From Hemiscyllium ocellatum (Eukaryota): a DNA stretch of 64,000 nucleotides. The first letter of the stretch is position 1, and every line of letters starts with the position of its first letter. The notes beneath the pieces were generated by a model. That model saw only the letters and a program-made list of their open reading frames with translations, ran no database searches and was not told the DNA's origin. Positions 49,423-61,882 of this stretch are shown here, one piece after another. The position numbers and the translations under genes are program-made. Location: the NCBI RefSeq assembly GCF_020745735.1, contig NC_083424.1, positions 43,324,999-43,388,998 on the forward strand. The letters run 5' to 3'.

Positions 49423-50663
49423 CAAAGATGCAAAGCAGTAAATTTCTTCTGATGTTGAGAAAAAGCAATGTGGGAAGTCGTCAGGCTGTCTACAAACCAC
49501 AACGATTAGACGTAACCTCCCTTATTCATGTGCCAAGAAATACACAGGTATAATCTCTACACGTACTTGACATTATGTCTGTGTGAGGGAAAGCTATTCT
49601 GTATTCACATCAGCCCTTTCACCCAGATTCGTAACTCGAATGAAACACAAATGGTAGTACATACCAAAACAAACACTGCTGCTATTGCAGTCACTAAATA
49701 CTTGTTGTCCAAAGCTTTAAACATGTAATCAATTGTATTGTGAATCAGAGTTGTGGGAAATATGGTGAGACACCATATTAGTTGGAAAATCAAAGATCCA
49801 AGGTAGTGACTCAATCTCTACTGAAACAACAAGAACATCAACAAAACCTGCAGGCACACAGCCACCTGAATGACAGCAACTTTGCATTACAACATTAACC
49901 TACATTTGTATTGTGCCGCCAACATATGCCACCGCCCTTCATAGAAACATAATCCGGTAAATATTTGTCATCTAAAAGGATATTAGGACAAAAGGAAAAT
50001 ACTGGGGTTGCTGAAAATCTGAAATCAAAATAGAAAATGAAGGAAATACTCTGCTGATCAGGCAGTGTCTGTGACGAGGGGCTCAAAAACTTGGTCAGAG
50101 GGAGGTTTTAAGAAGCATCTTGAAAGGGCAATAGATCTAGGAACGGAATTCCAACACTTAGGACCTAGGTATAGCTGAAGGTGCGGTGACAAATCTCTGG
50201 GCATAGGACTGACAAGAGGCTGAAATTGGATATAATACTTATGATACAGAAGTGTGCAGATAAAGCCTGTTGTCTATATCAGGCACTCAGGCCTTAGTAG
50301 CCCGTGTGACTGCCTTTTGCACTGATCTATCTTATTCACTGATTTATTCTGTTAAACCTCATAAACTCACTAGTTTGAAGAGGATTGTCCTTAGCACCGT
50401 TACTTCATCATTGGTGGATAAATAATAGATCAAAGAACTGTGACCTTTTGATAATCACAGCTTGTGTTAAATGCAAGTTGATGAGGACATTGATTTAAAT
50501 TTTACATGAAATCTGAGAGACTACATTGTATAAGACTGAATAAATCAGACTTTCAGGTTTGTGATTTGATTCCCTGATGTTTCAACTCTTCTGCATAGTG
50601 AACAATTTTGCCACCTAAATATGAATCATGTGTTGTTTTTTCCCTTAATAAACACAATATTAA

Positions 50664-50835
50664 AAACAAAAACAGAAGTTGCTGGAAAAGCTCAGCAGGT
50701 CTAGCAGCATCTGTGAAGAGAAACCAGAGTTAACCAGACCTGAAATGTTAACTTTGATTTGCCAGACCCGCTGAGGTTTTCCAGCAATGTCTGTTATCGT
50801 TTCTGATTTACAGCACCCGCAGTTCTTTCGGTTTT
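50664..50835. mobile_element. Family-C PLE fold-back with deleted centre
   Basis: 15-bp TSD taaacacaatattaa at 50649-50663 and 50836-50850. Confidence 0.78.
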
Positions 50836-51042
50836 TAAACACAATATTAATTCTGTTTGAATGTGTATCCAGTGTCTTAAAGACATGGGAGCTGTAACAA
50901 TTTTTAAATTACTGAATAGTTTCTTTATGTTTTCTAAGTGTTTTGCAGCTTTCAATTTGGATGCCAAATGTTAGCTAACGTGTGAAGAAATCACCTTCTT
51001 CAGGGTAGACTGGCATCACTTTACCCAAATACTAGACTGTAC

Positions 51043-51175
51043 CTGTGGTGATGGCTGGACTTGCAGAGATCCGATGGATATGTTGAATGGAACCTTCCAG
51101 ATTCTGCAAGGGGACTTGCTGCGCTGATGTATTGATCTGGTTTTCTGACTGGCTTTCCGAATTTAGTGTAAGAAC
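51043..51175 (-). CDS. HNF1A: HNF1A penultimate coding exon (equivalent of human exon 9)
   Basis: Minus strand: ...ggtttaattcAG|VLTLNSESQSENQINTSAQQVPLQNLEGSIQHIHRISASPAITT(G)|GTacag. 133 nt, phase 0 in and phase 1 out, splices in frame to 38379. Similar to human VFTSDTEASSES...IQHLQPAHRLSASPT. Confidence 0.88.
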
Positions 51176-53618
51176 CTGAATTAAACCAAAAAGGCAACAT
51201 TAATATAAATGCTATCTATCTATTGCCACATCTATCACCTTCACTGGATGTGATTGTACTGTTTAAAGCACATGTGCCTGAGGCGAGATTAGAAAGTTAT
51301 GTAGGGTTCGGTAGAGTGGATAATGCAACTCGGGCCTGAACTTCCAAGCCTTGGTTGGGCGCAGAGATGGGAGGATTCCTGCTTTTGAGAATCTGTTCTT
51401 CACAAATGGCTGTCCATAGTTCGGATATTCTGTCCTTGTGAGGTGTAAGCTGGATTAGAAGTCAGGGCCAGAAATCCTGGAAGAACTGAAGAGGTTGCTG
51501 GGTGCAGAGCCATGTGGACAGAAAGCTTGTCTTGACAATCCCGAGCTGTGTCCAAAGTTTACAAACAAAGAGGAACACTTGAAACATTCTTCCAGTCTCA
51601 TCCATCTCCCCTCAGTCCCCACACACTCTTCATGCTCAATTCGTGCCAACTCATGATGCATCATTTCCCCACCCACCCCACGACCTCATTCCTTCCATGA
51701 TCCCTCTACCGCCTTTTGCCTTCACACCCAAAATGCCAACTCATCTCATGGTCACATGGACAGATCTCTGAACTCATGCAGAGATAAGATAAAATGAAGT
51801 TCTAAGTGAAAACTTCACTGCATTTAAAAAAACGCTCTCATGCATATAAACTCATTTACTCCACCAAAATCCCTTCAACTACAGCATGCCTCATAAGAGC
51901 AAACATTTTCTTCAAGTGCGCAAACCATTGTAACAACAAGCAGCAGAGACCATTTATAGTTCAACTGCTTACAGTTTATAACCGCTTTGAATTGTCAATC
52001 AATTTGTGAAATGGCAAGCACCCGACTGTAATAATGGATGCTTGTGAAATCAGTCATGCAATTGTAGTTCCCAGCAATGGACGTCCTCATGCCTGTGTCA
52101 AGAGACAAGTGAAGCTGCAAGCTACAATATTTTTTAAACATGCCAGTCATTTCTTTTCCAAAGACTTAAAAGGCAGAACTTTTAAATGCCTTAATGGCTT
52201 GATAGCTCACTTTGAAAAGTGATTTTGATATGTCCTTTTGATAATTCTGACTGCTCCATTTCATAGGTCTCTCTGACAAAAGCTTCTGAGTGTTTTGGCA
52301 GTTGATTTTGACAGGCCTGTTGACTATTCACCCCCCCCCCCCCTCCCCCCCGTGTTTATCTCATCTATCCCTGTGATTCTGTATAAAGGTTTGGCTCTAG
52401 TGTTTTGTTACTTCCCCCAGTTGTATCCACATGGATACCTTCCTTCTCCAAAGGAATACACTGGCTTTCTAAACAAATGCACAAAGTTCAAATCTGCTCC
52501 TTCTAGTCTATGGGTTTCACACACACTATGGATTTCACGCTCCAAAATTACAGAAATCCAATGTGAGTGTAAATACCTAGCTATATCTGTGTAATGTGGA
52601 CCCTGACCCTTCTCCTGTCCTGTGAAAAGGGATTTGCCATGTTCAGGGCGTGACTTGTCACTTTCAGCCACTTCAGGCATTTTCACTACAAGAGTCTCAG
52701 TGCTGTGATTGAATCTGGGTCACTGTTTCCACTGGGGAAACAGGGACATGAAGACACAGGTACTTGTCCAAAGAACTGAAGGAAGATGAGAATTTTTAAT
52801 CCAAAGTGAAATTTTCTGCTTGAAAGGATGGTGGAAGCCAATTCTATGTACAGTCTTTGAATGGAAGTTGGATATATACTTGAAGAGTAAATATTTGCAG
52901 ATCTATAGGGAGACAGTGTAAGATTGGGAATAATTGGATGGATATTTCAAAGGACCAGCACAGGCAGAATGCACTGACAGTCTGTTCAATTCTATTTTAT
53001 CAGGTATCTTTGCAACTAGTTATCTCCTTCGGTTAAAGTAAATGGCATGATGTGGGCTACAGGACCTCTCTGCACTCAGCAACAATTCCAGTGCTTAGCT
53101 GTCACCAAGAGGAACCTAACACATCATATTAAGGAGTATCTAATTGCCAAATTGGTAAGTTTTCTTTTTTTTTTGCTGCTATTCTTTAGGATGCTAATTG
53201 TATTAACTGAGTATTTAATTATATCCAGGTAGTAGGCAATAATTAGGGATTCACGTAGTGATTGGAAATTAATAATATGTCATCTGTGATTCTGTATAAA
53301 AGTTTGGCTCCAGTGTTTTATCATTTACTGCCTGAATTCTAATATAGCAGCAGAGAATGACTATACCAAGAAGTATGGTTTAATGTATAATTATGTGTGT
53401 AAATGTACTTTACATATTTTTAATGAAATCAACTAGTTAGGATACATCATAGTTATTAGCATGCGTATCCTTTGATTTTTTTTGTGCAATAAAATTGTTT
53501 CATTTCAAACAGTGAATTTTGTGCCTGGATAACTAGATTTTCACACTTCCAAAATAAAATGGTTTGCTGGTCTCTGTGATAATATAAGGTAGGTCATGAT
53601 GATAAAACTGTGTTTTAC

Positions 53619-54192
53619 ATAGAATCCCTACAGTGTGGAAACAGGCCATTTGGCCCAGCAAGTCCACACTGACCCTCCAAAGAGTAACCCACCCAGAACC
53701 ATTCCCTTACATAGATTAGATTACTTACAATGTGGAAACATGCCCTTCGGCCCAACAAGTCCACACCGACCTGCAACCCACCCATACCCCTACACCTAAC
53801 ACTACTGGCAATTTAGCATAGTCAATTCACCTGACCTGCACATCTTTGGACTGTGGGAGCACCCGGAGGAAACCCACGCAGACAGGGGGAGAATGTGCAA
53901 ACTCCTGTGAGGCAGCAGTGCTAACCACTGAGCCGCCCACATTAGATTACTTACAGTGTGGAAACAGGCCCTTCAGCCCAACAAGTCCACACCGACATGC
54001 AACACCCCTTCAGTCAGTCGCCTGAGGTGGGAATTGAACCCAGGTCTCTGGCGCTGTGAGGCAGCAGTGCTAACCACTGTGCCACCGTGCCGCCCACTAT
54101 CTATCCCTGACTAATGCACCTAACCTACAAACCCTGAATGCTTTGAGCAATCTAGCATAGCCAGTTCACCTGATCTGCACATGTTTGGACTG
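53619..54192 (-). mobile_element. Nested cluster of three HE1 SINE copies
   Basis: Outer copy 53619-53712 resumes at about 54097; two inner copies at about 53713-53940 and 53941-54096. Confidence 0.8.
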
Positions 54193-55286
54193 GTTTTTAT
54201 TTGACAAACATAGTGATCGAGGGAATATGGTTCATCATCATGTTTAATTAGAATTAATTAAATTATCCCAGAATCTCATGATATGGTTAAAAAAAATGAC
54301 CTTGTCCCTTAATGCTCACATTTTTCAGATGAAGGTACTGAGGTACAGAGTCCAGCAAATTCAAAGGCTGGATAGTGGGGAATGTGAGTGATCAAAAAAC
54401 TCCTAACACAGCTATCTGCAGGAGAGCTGTCCAGATGACTTAAATGTCCCAAAGAATTAGAGGGATGTGATATTTGTACGCTATGCAGCAAGACAGTGAC
54501 AGCTAAAAAGGGAAGTCCAAAGTGGGAGAATAAGAAAACACAGCGCAGGTGCTGAAATTGAGTCTGGAAGTTACTCTTGCATCAGAAAACAATCATAAAC
54601 TGGCACGAGAGAGAAATTTTGCAGTAGTCTTCCCAGCAAGTATAAAATTGGAAGTAGAGACCACGGCTTGAATAGATTGCAAAATGAAATCAAAATCACA
54701 AAACAGTCCTGCAACAGTTGCTACTGATAAACTTCTGGATAGACTAATTGGTAAAATAATAAGCTGCAGTCCACAAGGGACCACAGGAATCTCTCTCTCT
54801 CTGTTGGAGAGAATCAATTGGTTATATAACTTCAAGGGCACCAGACCTGTTAAAGCATGGGCAAGACAAGCCTATATTAACCAACATAGCTAGTATGGCA
54901 ATTTAATCCAAACCATTGGAGTGATACGCTAGCTACTCAGCCAACTAAACAAACCAACACCCAGAACAATAAGGTAGTAAAAGAAGCAAAACAGATGGTT
55001 AGAGAGTTTATTTTGAGGTACTTGACAAGTTGCAGCCAGTGACACAGATGCATTTATACTGAAAAATTCCTTGTAGATGGGTTATGAAACTATAGCCATA
55101 GCTAAAAGGTTTCAGAAGGGACTGAGTGATAGTGATGTTAAAGTGGACTCTCCCCTTGCTGGAAAAATAATTTAAAAATCATTTCAACTCTGACCATGTA
55201 TTTATGAGAGTGTAGATCAGTTGACATAAAGGTCTTCTTTTTGCAGCAAAATACAGTTTACAGAGGACTGAAAGAGACAGCAGAAG

Positions 55287-55562
55287 ATTAAATTCCCTAC
55301 AATGTGGGGACAGGCCCTTCAAGTCCACACCAACTCTCCTAAGAGTAACTCATTCCCCTCTGACTAATGCACCTAACACTATGGGCAATTTAGCATGGCT
55401 GATTCACCTGACCTGCACATTTTTGGATTGTGGGAGGAAACCAGAGCAAATGCACACAGACATGGGGAGAATATGCAAACGTCACAGGCGCCCGAGGCTG
55501 GAATCAAATCTGGGTCTCTGGCACTGTGAGGCAGCAGTGCTAACCACTGAGCCACTGTGCCA
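55287..55562 (-). mobile_element. HE1 SINE
   Basis: Tail, V-domain and head present. Confidence 0.88.
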
Positions 55563-57807
55563 TCTTGGAAGCAAACCTGCTTAGGAATAGAGCACCCTTT
55601 GGAGTGGAGGGTAGTGTAAAGTAGGTGGCAATTCTTCTGAACAGAAACAGGAAACTAAAAGTGATACAGCCGTGGGCAAGAGATGGAAGTAATGAGGAAA
55701 ACTTGAGGCATCAGTTGAAGCCTTCCTCCTGTACAGTTGTGTTCGGTGAATGTTTTTTCGAGGTACCCGTTGCTTCTGTGTTCAGTGAAGTTAGCCTGAA
55801 GTCCCTAGACCCTCCAAGGTTTCTTAGTAGGATTCCTTTCAAAGTGCAGTCATATACAGAAAGAAGTAACCTTTTACTAGGACATTGATTTTACTACGAC
55901 TTGTATCAACAAGAAGTCAAGTTCTAATGTTATAAACGGGCCAGGTAGAAATAATGAAATGATCCAGCATGATGGTAGATGAAATTAAATAAAACTGCTA
56001 ATTTATTTATGGAAAATGAAATTCTAAACAAAAGAAAATCAATGTAAACTAAAACCAATCTAAACTAATCCATCAATGATGCTTTGAGGGTGAGGTATTA
56101 GTTGGTGAGATATGTTTAGATGGAAATAGTTGCAATCAATCAAAGGCAGATTCCACAATGTTTTATTGTAATCAAAAACTTTCAGACACCATCATATTGC
56201 ATGTAAATGTTTGTTCTAATGGGGAATTTGAGAAATGTATCTGTTAACAAGACCAGATTAAAGTTTAAAATTGAGAACCCAACTTCTGGGGTGTTCAAGT
56301 ACACTGGTTTAAAAGATGTTCAGCAATAATAGTCTGACACAACTTTAATTCCACAATCCTATCTAGATAATATTGCTCCCATCATAGTGAATTGAATGAG
56401 GAGGTCATCACAGAAATATGCTCACATATCAAAACACACCAGGAAACTGTGAAGCTGGATGAGTTAGATTAAATGACTGCACTCTCAGACTGGGCCAGAT
56501 GGCAGTTTTGACACATTGACATTAGACATTTTGACAAAATAGCTCAAATTAGAAAATACTTGAAGGGCAAATAAGACATTACAGAAATTATCACCAGGAA
56601 GATGTGTAGTTAAGTTCCAATCCTAAGGTGATCTATTGAAGAAGAAGCTGGTTATGTTTACTGCTGCTTCACCTGCTAACTTGCTAGATGGATAATCAAG
56701 TGCATGTGGTACCATGTGTCACAAGTGAAAATAGGAATGTTTAGTTTCAGAAGCTACAAAAATTAAAAAGGATCATTAAATTTACTCTGGTTATTAAAAC
56801 ACTTGTTCTTGTGGATGTCAGCGATAATAGGTTCTACTTGGAAAATACTTTATGTGACAAGCTATAAAGTGGGGATAGTTAAGATAGCATACCCATTGAA
56901 CATTATGCAGCATTCATTCATTGCGGGATAATGTATACTCTACAAAACGTGTGAGAAACCATCATAGATTGATCCTGCCAGCCTGAAATAAATACTGAAG
57001 AAAAAGGAAGTATCTAAAATTAGAATGGGAATATTTAAACAATCAAGTATCAACATTGTTTTCCTAAAGGAAGTGTGTGACCAAGAAACTGTTAAGGAGG
57101 AGAAGTGTTTCACAACGTAATGTTTTTTACAGCACATGGAAGTCATTAAATATTGTTCTTGAAATGTTGATTACACATTTAAGGATAGAAAAAGGAAGTT
57201 GATAATTGTGTAGATACTTCCTTATCAAGTTGTCCAGGGATGTTATGACACACCTCTGAGGAAGGTGGGACTTGAACCCAGGCTCAGCAGTAGGGACATT
57301 ATACAAGCCCTCTGCTAGTTCTGGACTGTTCTATATCTAGAAGTGCTTTTGTACACACAACCAAACAGCTTTCCCCACTACCAAATCACTTATAACAATT
57401 TTCACCTATTAACTCCCATCAGTAAGTGACCTGTGTTTTCCAACTGATTAATTAACTTGCAAAGCCTGTCAAGGGGATAATTGTTTATTAATTGGGTAGT
57501 TAATTCAAGTGGTGAGCATTAATTGAGGCCTCCTCTCATACATAGAGGAGCCAGCTGAATCTATGGTTGTTGAGTTGACAATGTATGGTATATAAATGTG
57601 TCTGAATGCTTTGTAAGCAGATAAGGAATTGATTTTCATATTCTGCTCTTTATTGTCTGAGCTCTAGTTTTAAGAAGAGATGCCTGTAATTTTTGTAGAG
57701 GTAAAGGTATCTCTGTTGAGATTAATTACTGAGAGTTGTGAGAGCTAATACAGTGCTGCTTTTCAGGGCTCACTTTTTCTAAAATAGCTTTTTAAATGTA
57801 TCCCTTC

Positions 57808-58330
57808 AGGGTATCTGAGCATCAATAGTTAAATCAGTATTTCTTCCCCATCTACAACTGCCCTTTTGAATTACTGTAGTCTGTGGTGTTGGTATAGCAA
57901 CAGTGCTGTTAAGAAGGGGTTTCTAGCATTTAGCTCAGCAGCAGTGAAGCAGTAATAACATAATTGCATCAGGATGGTGTGTGACCTGAAGAAAAACTGA
58001 GGTAGTGGTGTTTCCCATGCTATTGTTGCCTTTGTCTTTCTAGGTGATAGAAGTCATGGAGTTTAGAAGATACTACTTAGGGAGGCTTGATGAGTTCTGA
58101 TAGTACCTTTTATGGATGGTATGTACTGTATGTCACTGGACAGGGTGAGCCATTAAGGTAGTGAGTGAGGTAGCAATAAAGCAGGCTTTTCCTCCTAGGT
58201 GGTGTTGAGCTTCTTGAGTGTTGCTGGAGCTGCACCCATCCAGGCAAGTGGGGAGTATTTCATCACACCCTTGACTTGTGCCTTGTCAATGGTGAACAGG
58301 CTTGTGTGATCTAGGAAGTGAGTTACTTGC
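57808..58330 (-). mobile_element. Decayed CR1-clade LINE 3' fragment
   Basis: ggtgttgagcttcttgagtgttgctggagctgcacccatccaggcaagtgg...cttgacttgtgccttg. Confidence 0.65.
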
Positions 58331-59269
58331 AGCAGAATTCCTGGTCTCTGATCTGTTGTTGCATTGTAAGGTGGTTGTGGTGGAGATATAAGGTTGTCTG
58401 ATTTGGGACCACAGCATTAAATTGAGGTAGTCATTGACATCCAAGGAACAGTCAGTAAATCTGTTCATGTCACCACTTGATAATTTGATCACATTTCCCA
58501 AGCCATGCTCTAGTGTTCTTGAACTGTTCATGAGTGTGGACTTGCACATTTGAATCAAAAGATGGAATTTCCCCTTTGAGACATAGTGGGAGGATAAATC
58601 AGGTGAGAGAGACTCATTTTCTCCCCTCTTGCCTAACCAATGCCAAATGATGGTGAAATGGCAAGATCTAAGCAACTCTTCTCTTCATATCACACAGTGC
58701 CAAGATTCAGTTGTAGAATGTGCAGGCTTATGATTATTTGCAGTAAAAACATCATCTTTAAAGATGTTAGAGATCAAATATCATGTACTTTTTTAAAAAA
58801 AATGGTATTTGACCAAAAGAAAACAAACACCAGTACACTCCTAATAGTCTGAAACTTGTCCTTCCTCTGCACCCCTATCCCCAGTGATGTTTGGTGACTC
58901 CTTTTGCCTAGCTGAAATTTAGTGGATGGATCTAGAGAACAGGCACCATTTCAGAAAATGGTTTCTTCTCATGCTATTGGTGACAATGGCTGCTGCTACT
59001 CCTCTTTAGAGCATCCTTTAACATCTAGCATTCCATCAAAGTCAATTCTGACTGAAATCTTAATATTGAGACACTGTCCAGCTCATCCAAGGGATATTGG
59101 AAAGGCCATTCAGAGTACTATGTTTATATAGAGCCGGGTTAGTGAAAAATATGAAGATGCCTGCCTTTCAGAAAGCAGGAATGCTGGGAAATTCAAGAAG
59201 GAACTGGCTAGAAAAGAAATAGGAAAATTTTGGATTTTTTAAATCTTTTTCAAACTTTGAAATAAGAGA

Positions 59270-59600
59270 AAGACTTGTAGTTATATACTGACTTTCAAGA
59301 CCACTTTATAACCAATGAAATAATTATTGAAATGTAGTCATGGTTTTGATGTTCAAAATGCATCTGCTGATTTGCACAGCACTTGTAAAGAGCAGCATGA
59401 CATGAGGTTGGTTTAAATTTAAATATAAAACAACAGTGTACAGCACTCCCTGCTCTTACTATATAAAGCCACAATTTCTTTTACGTTATCTGAGAGGGCA
59501 CTAAGGGTGACAGTTCAATATGTCAACTGAAAAAATGTCACCTTCAAAAATGCACTATTCTCTCAGTACTACACTGAAGTGAAAACCTACAGTTCAATGC
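59270..59600 (-). mobile_element. Decayed DeuSINE (SacSINE1-like)
   Basis: Reverse complement resembles 21335-21510 (ctccctgctctt...cttttacg...ctgagagggc...gcac..ctcagtactacactg). Confidence 0.55.
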
Positions 59601-61698
59601 TTGAAACACCATTGTGTTCAAGACTAATTGGCCAAATGCTGGAAAATGCAATTGGAGTAGCTTGATGACCAGAATGAATACAATGGGCTAAATAGCCTCT
59701 TTCCATGCTGTAAAAACTTTGACTCTGTATTTTATGCTCAAATCTCTTGTTTTAAGCCCATGTTTTCTGACACAGGTGATAGTGCTACTGACCTCAGTTA
59801 TGGCTTATATCAAAAAAGCCACACCTGAACTAATCAGGTTAAATTTTACCCTTGTAGGTTTCTGATTTTTTTTTCTTTACCTTTCAGCATTTGTAGGGTT
59901 TTCTAACAATTAAATATTTAGCAGTGATAAGCTACACATGTTGAGAACTCAAATTTGACATGGTAGTTTGTTGTCAAAGAGTGTGTCTTTTATGACTATT
60001 AAGTTGCTCTGCTTGGTTTCTGATTGCAGTATCTTTCATCATATAATAATACCATTCTTCATGAATTTGGGGGTGATTGAAAGCTGCATGGCTACCTGTT
60101 ATTGAACTGTCAAATTGAGAGCAGCAATTAGTACTCTGTCTTACAAATAGCCAACAGGAGTAACATTAAACCATCAATATAGGTAATCTCTACCCTTTTG
60201 AACTGTGAAAGAAACTTTAGAGCTTCTGCACAGAAATAATTATATTTTGGAATGCATATTAAAGGTAATTGAGCAAAATGAGAAGTTTAAGTAAGGCAAT
60301 CCTCAATGCAACTTGTATTTGTCACCATCTATCTCTTGAAGTAGCTCTCTCTCATACTGCACTACAGAAATGAATTTTCCTTTAGCATCTCACTCATGTG
60401 GCCGTCTATAAGCTTAAACAATAAATGTTAGTAGGTACGTCGACCATGAAGGGTATTGTAGCTGGGTCATCCCAGATGGAGGAAGCCACCCTCAGTGCTC
60501 AGTGTTTAGTTCTTATCCTTGTCCTGGCTGATATCTATTGCAGTCACCTATTAAAACATAGGGATCCCACTAGTCCGGTAGTTCTAGTCCACCAATCCTG
60601 ATGAAATATCTTTAATCTTGGGCTTCTCAATCTGTGTCATTAAAGTACACCCATGTAATAGCAGTTTACATAAGATAGTGTCCTTTCGTTATTGGTCTCA
60701 CACAATCCAATGCATGGTGCTGCATTACATCAGTTCATGAGATGCAGACAGTATTATTACACAAGGTATTGCAACAGGAAGTCAAACTAAACCAGATAAC
60801 CATAGTCACCCAAGATGTAAAACCATGTCACATCTGAGTTTTTCAATCATTGCAAACACTGGTAGCTATCAAAAAGTAAGAAAAAGTAGTAACTGATGGA
60901 TTAAAATGGCCATTGGTTCATTTGTGCTGACAAGGTTGGAAAGAATTTCTTTGGCAATTTCCGGAATTGGAAATGCACTAAAATTTATGGTCACTCTTTC
61001 ACCAACACTGAATGACCAAAGGAAATGCTCTCTCCCACTGAAATCTGACTTTGGCTGGGGCTGGTCACAAGTTTGGCTCGATGGAGTTGAAGGCTCGATG
61101 GAGTTGAAGGGTCGCTGGATGTCCAAATCCATTTTGTGGTAACTTCTCCAGAGGGAAGACCGAAGAGTGACAGGAAGTGGGTAACTTGGACTGCTGTCAT
61201 TTCCAGCTGGCTAACCAGTTTGAGACTAGAAAAGGCCAGTTTGAGGTTGAATGAGTGATGGGGAATTAAGTTGAGTGACCCAAAAAGCACAAAAGAATAA
61301 CAGTTTGGAAATGATATTGTTATGTTTCTCTTGGGAAAGCTCACATCTAAATTTTCCCAGCAAACATGAAATGTGCACTTTCATGTACTTGTAAAGTCGA
61401 CTCTTCAAGATTTTGAAGAAATGAAATTAAGACGAGCATACAATGACAAGTGACCCTCAATGTAGGTTATATTGTTCAAGCAGTGTTTGTTCTAGTTATG
61501 GTAACTTGTGTATCTTTGCCAGGACGTGAAATAGAATATAGGCTTTTTTGAAACAATTTGCTGCTACAAATCCTCCTTTGACTCCATTGTGTCTGGGCCT
61601 TGTCTTATGATCAGTGGTGGAGGATAGACCATTGGTGAACTCTCTAATAAGAAGAGGCATTTCTCTTAGTTAACAAGATGACCTACTGAATCTGAGTC

Positions 61699-61882
61699 AG
61701 AATCCCTACAGTGTGGATGCAGACCATTTGGCCCATTGAGTTTACACTGACCCTTCAAAGAGCATTCCACTCACCCACCTACCGTACCCCTGTAACCCTG
61801 CATATCTCTAGCTAATCTACCTAGCCTGCACTTCCTTGGACACTATGGGCAATTTAGTACAATGAAGCCAAGTAATCTGCAC
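61699..61882 (-). mobile_element. HE1 SINE 3' part
   Basis: agaatccctacagtgtgg...ggacactatgggcaatttag. Confidence 0.8.

Noticed and set aside
52577-52685. AG/GT-bounded segment on minus encoding KMPEVAE, reminiscent of HNF1A exon 8 KPEVAQ
   Set aside because: The rest of the peptide does not align, and 109 nt with phase 1 in and phase 2 out cannot join the phase-0 exon 9.
57460-57751. Possible solo LTRs (also about 2300-2540, 25630-25870, 34860-36230)
   Set aside because: LTR-like composition only; no paired copy, clear TG...CA ends or TSD could be established.
60869-61408. Cluster of overlapping ORFs in unique sequence
   Set aside because: No recognisable homology or coherent splice and phase pattern; lengths are within chance.
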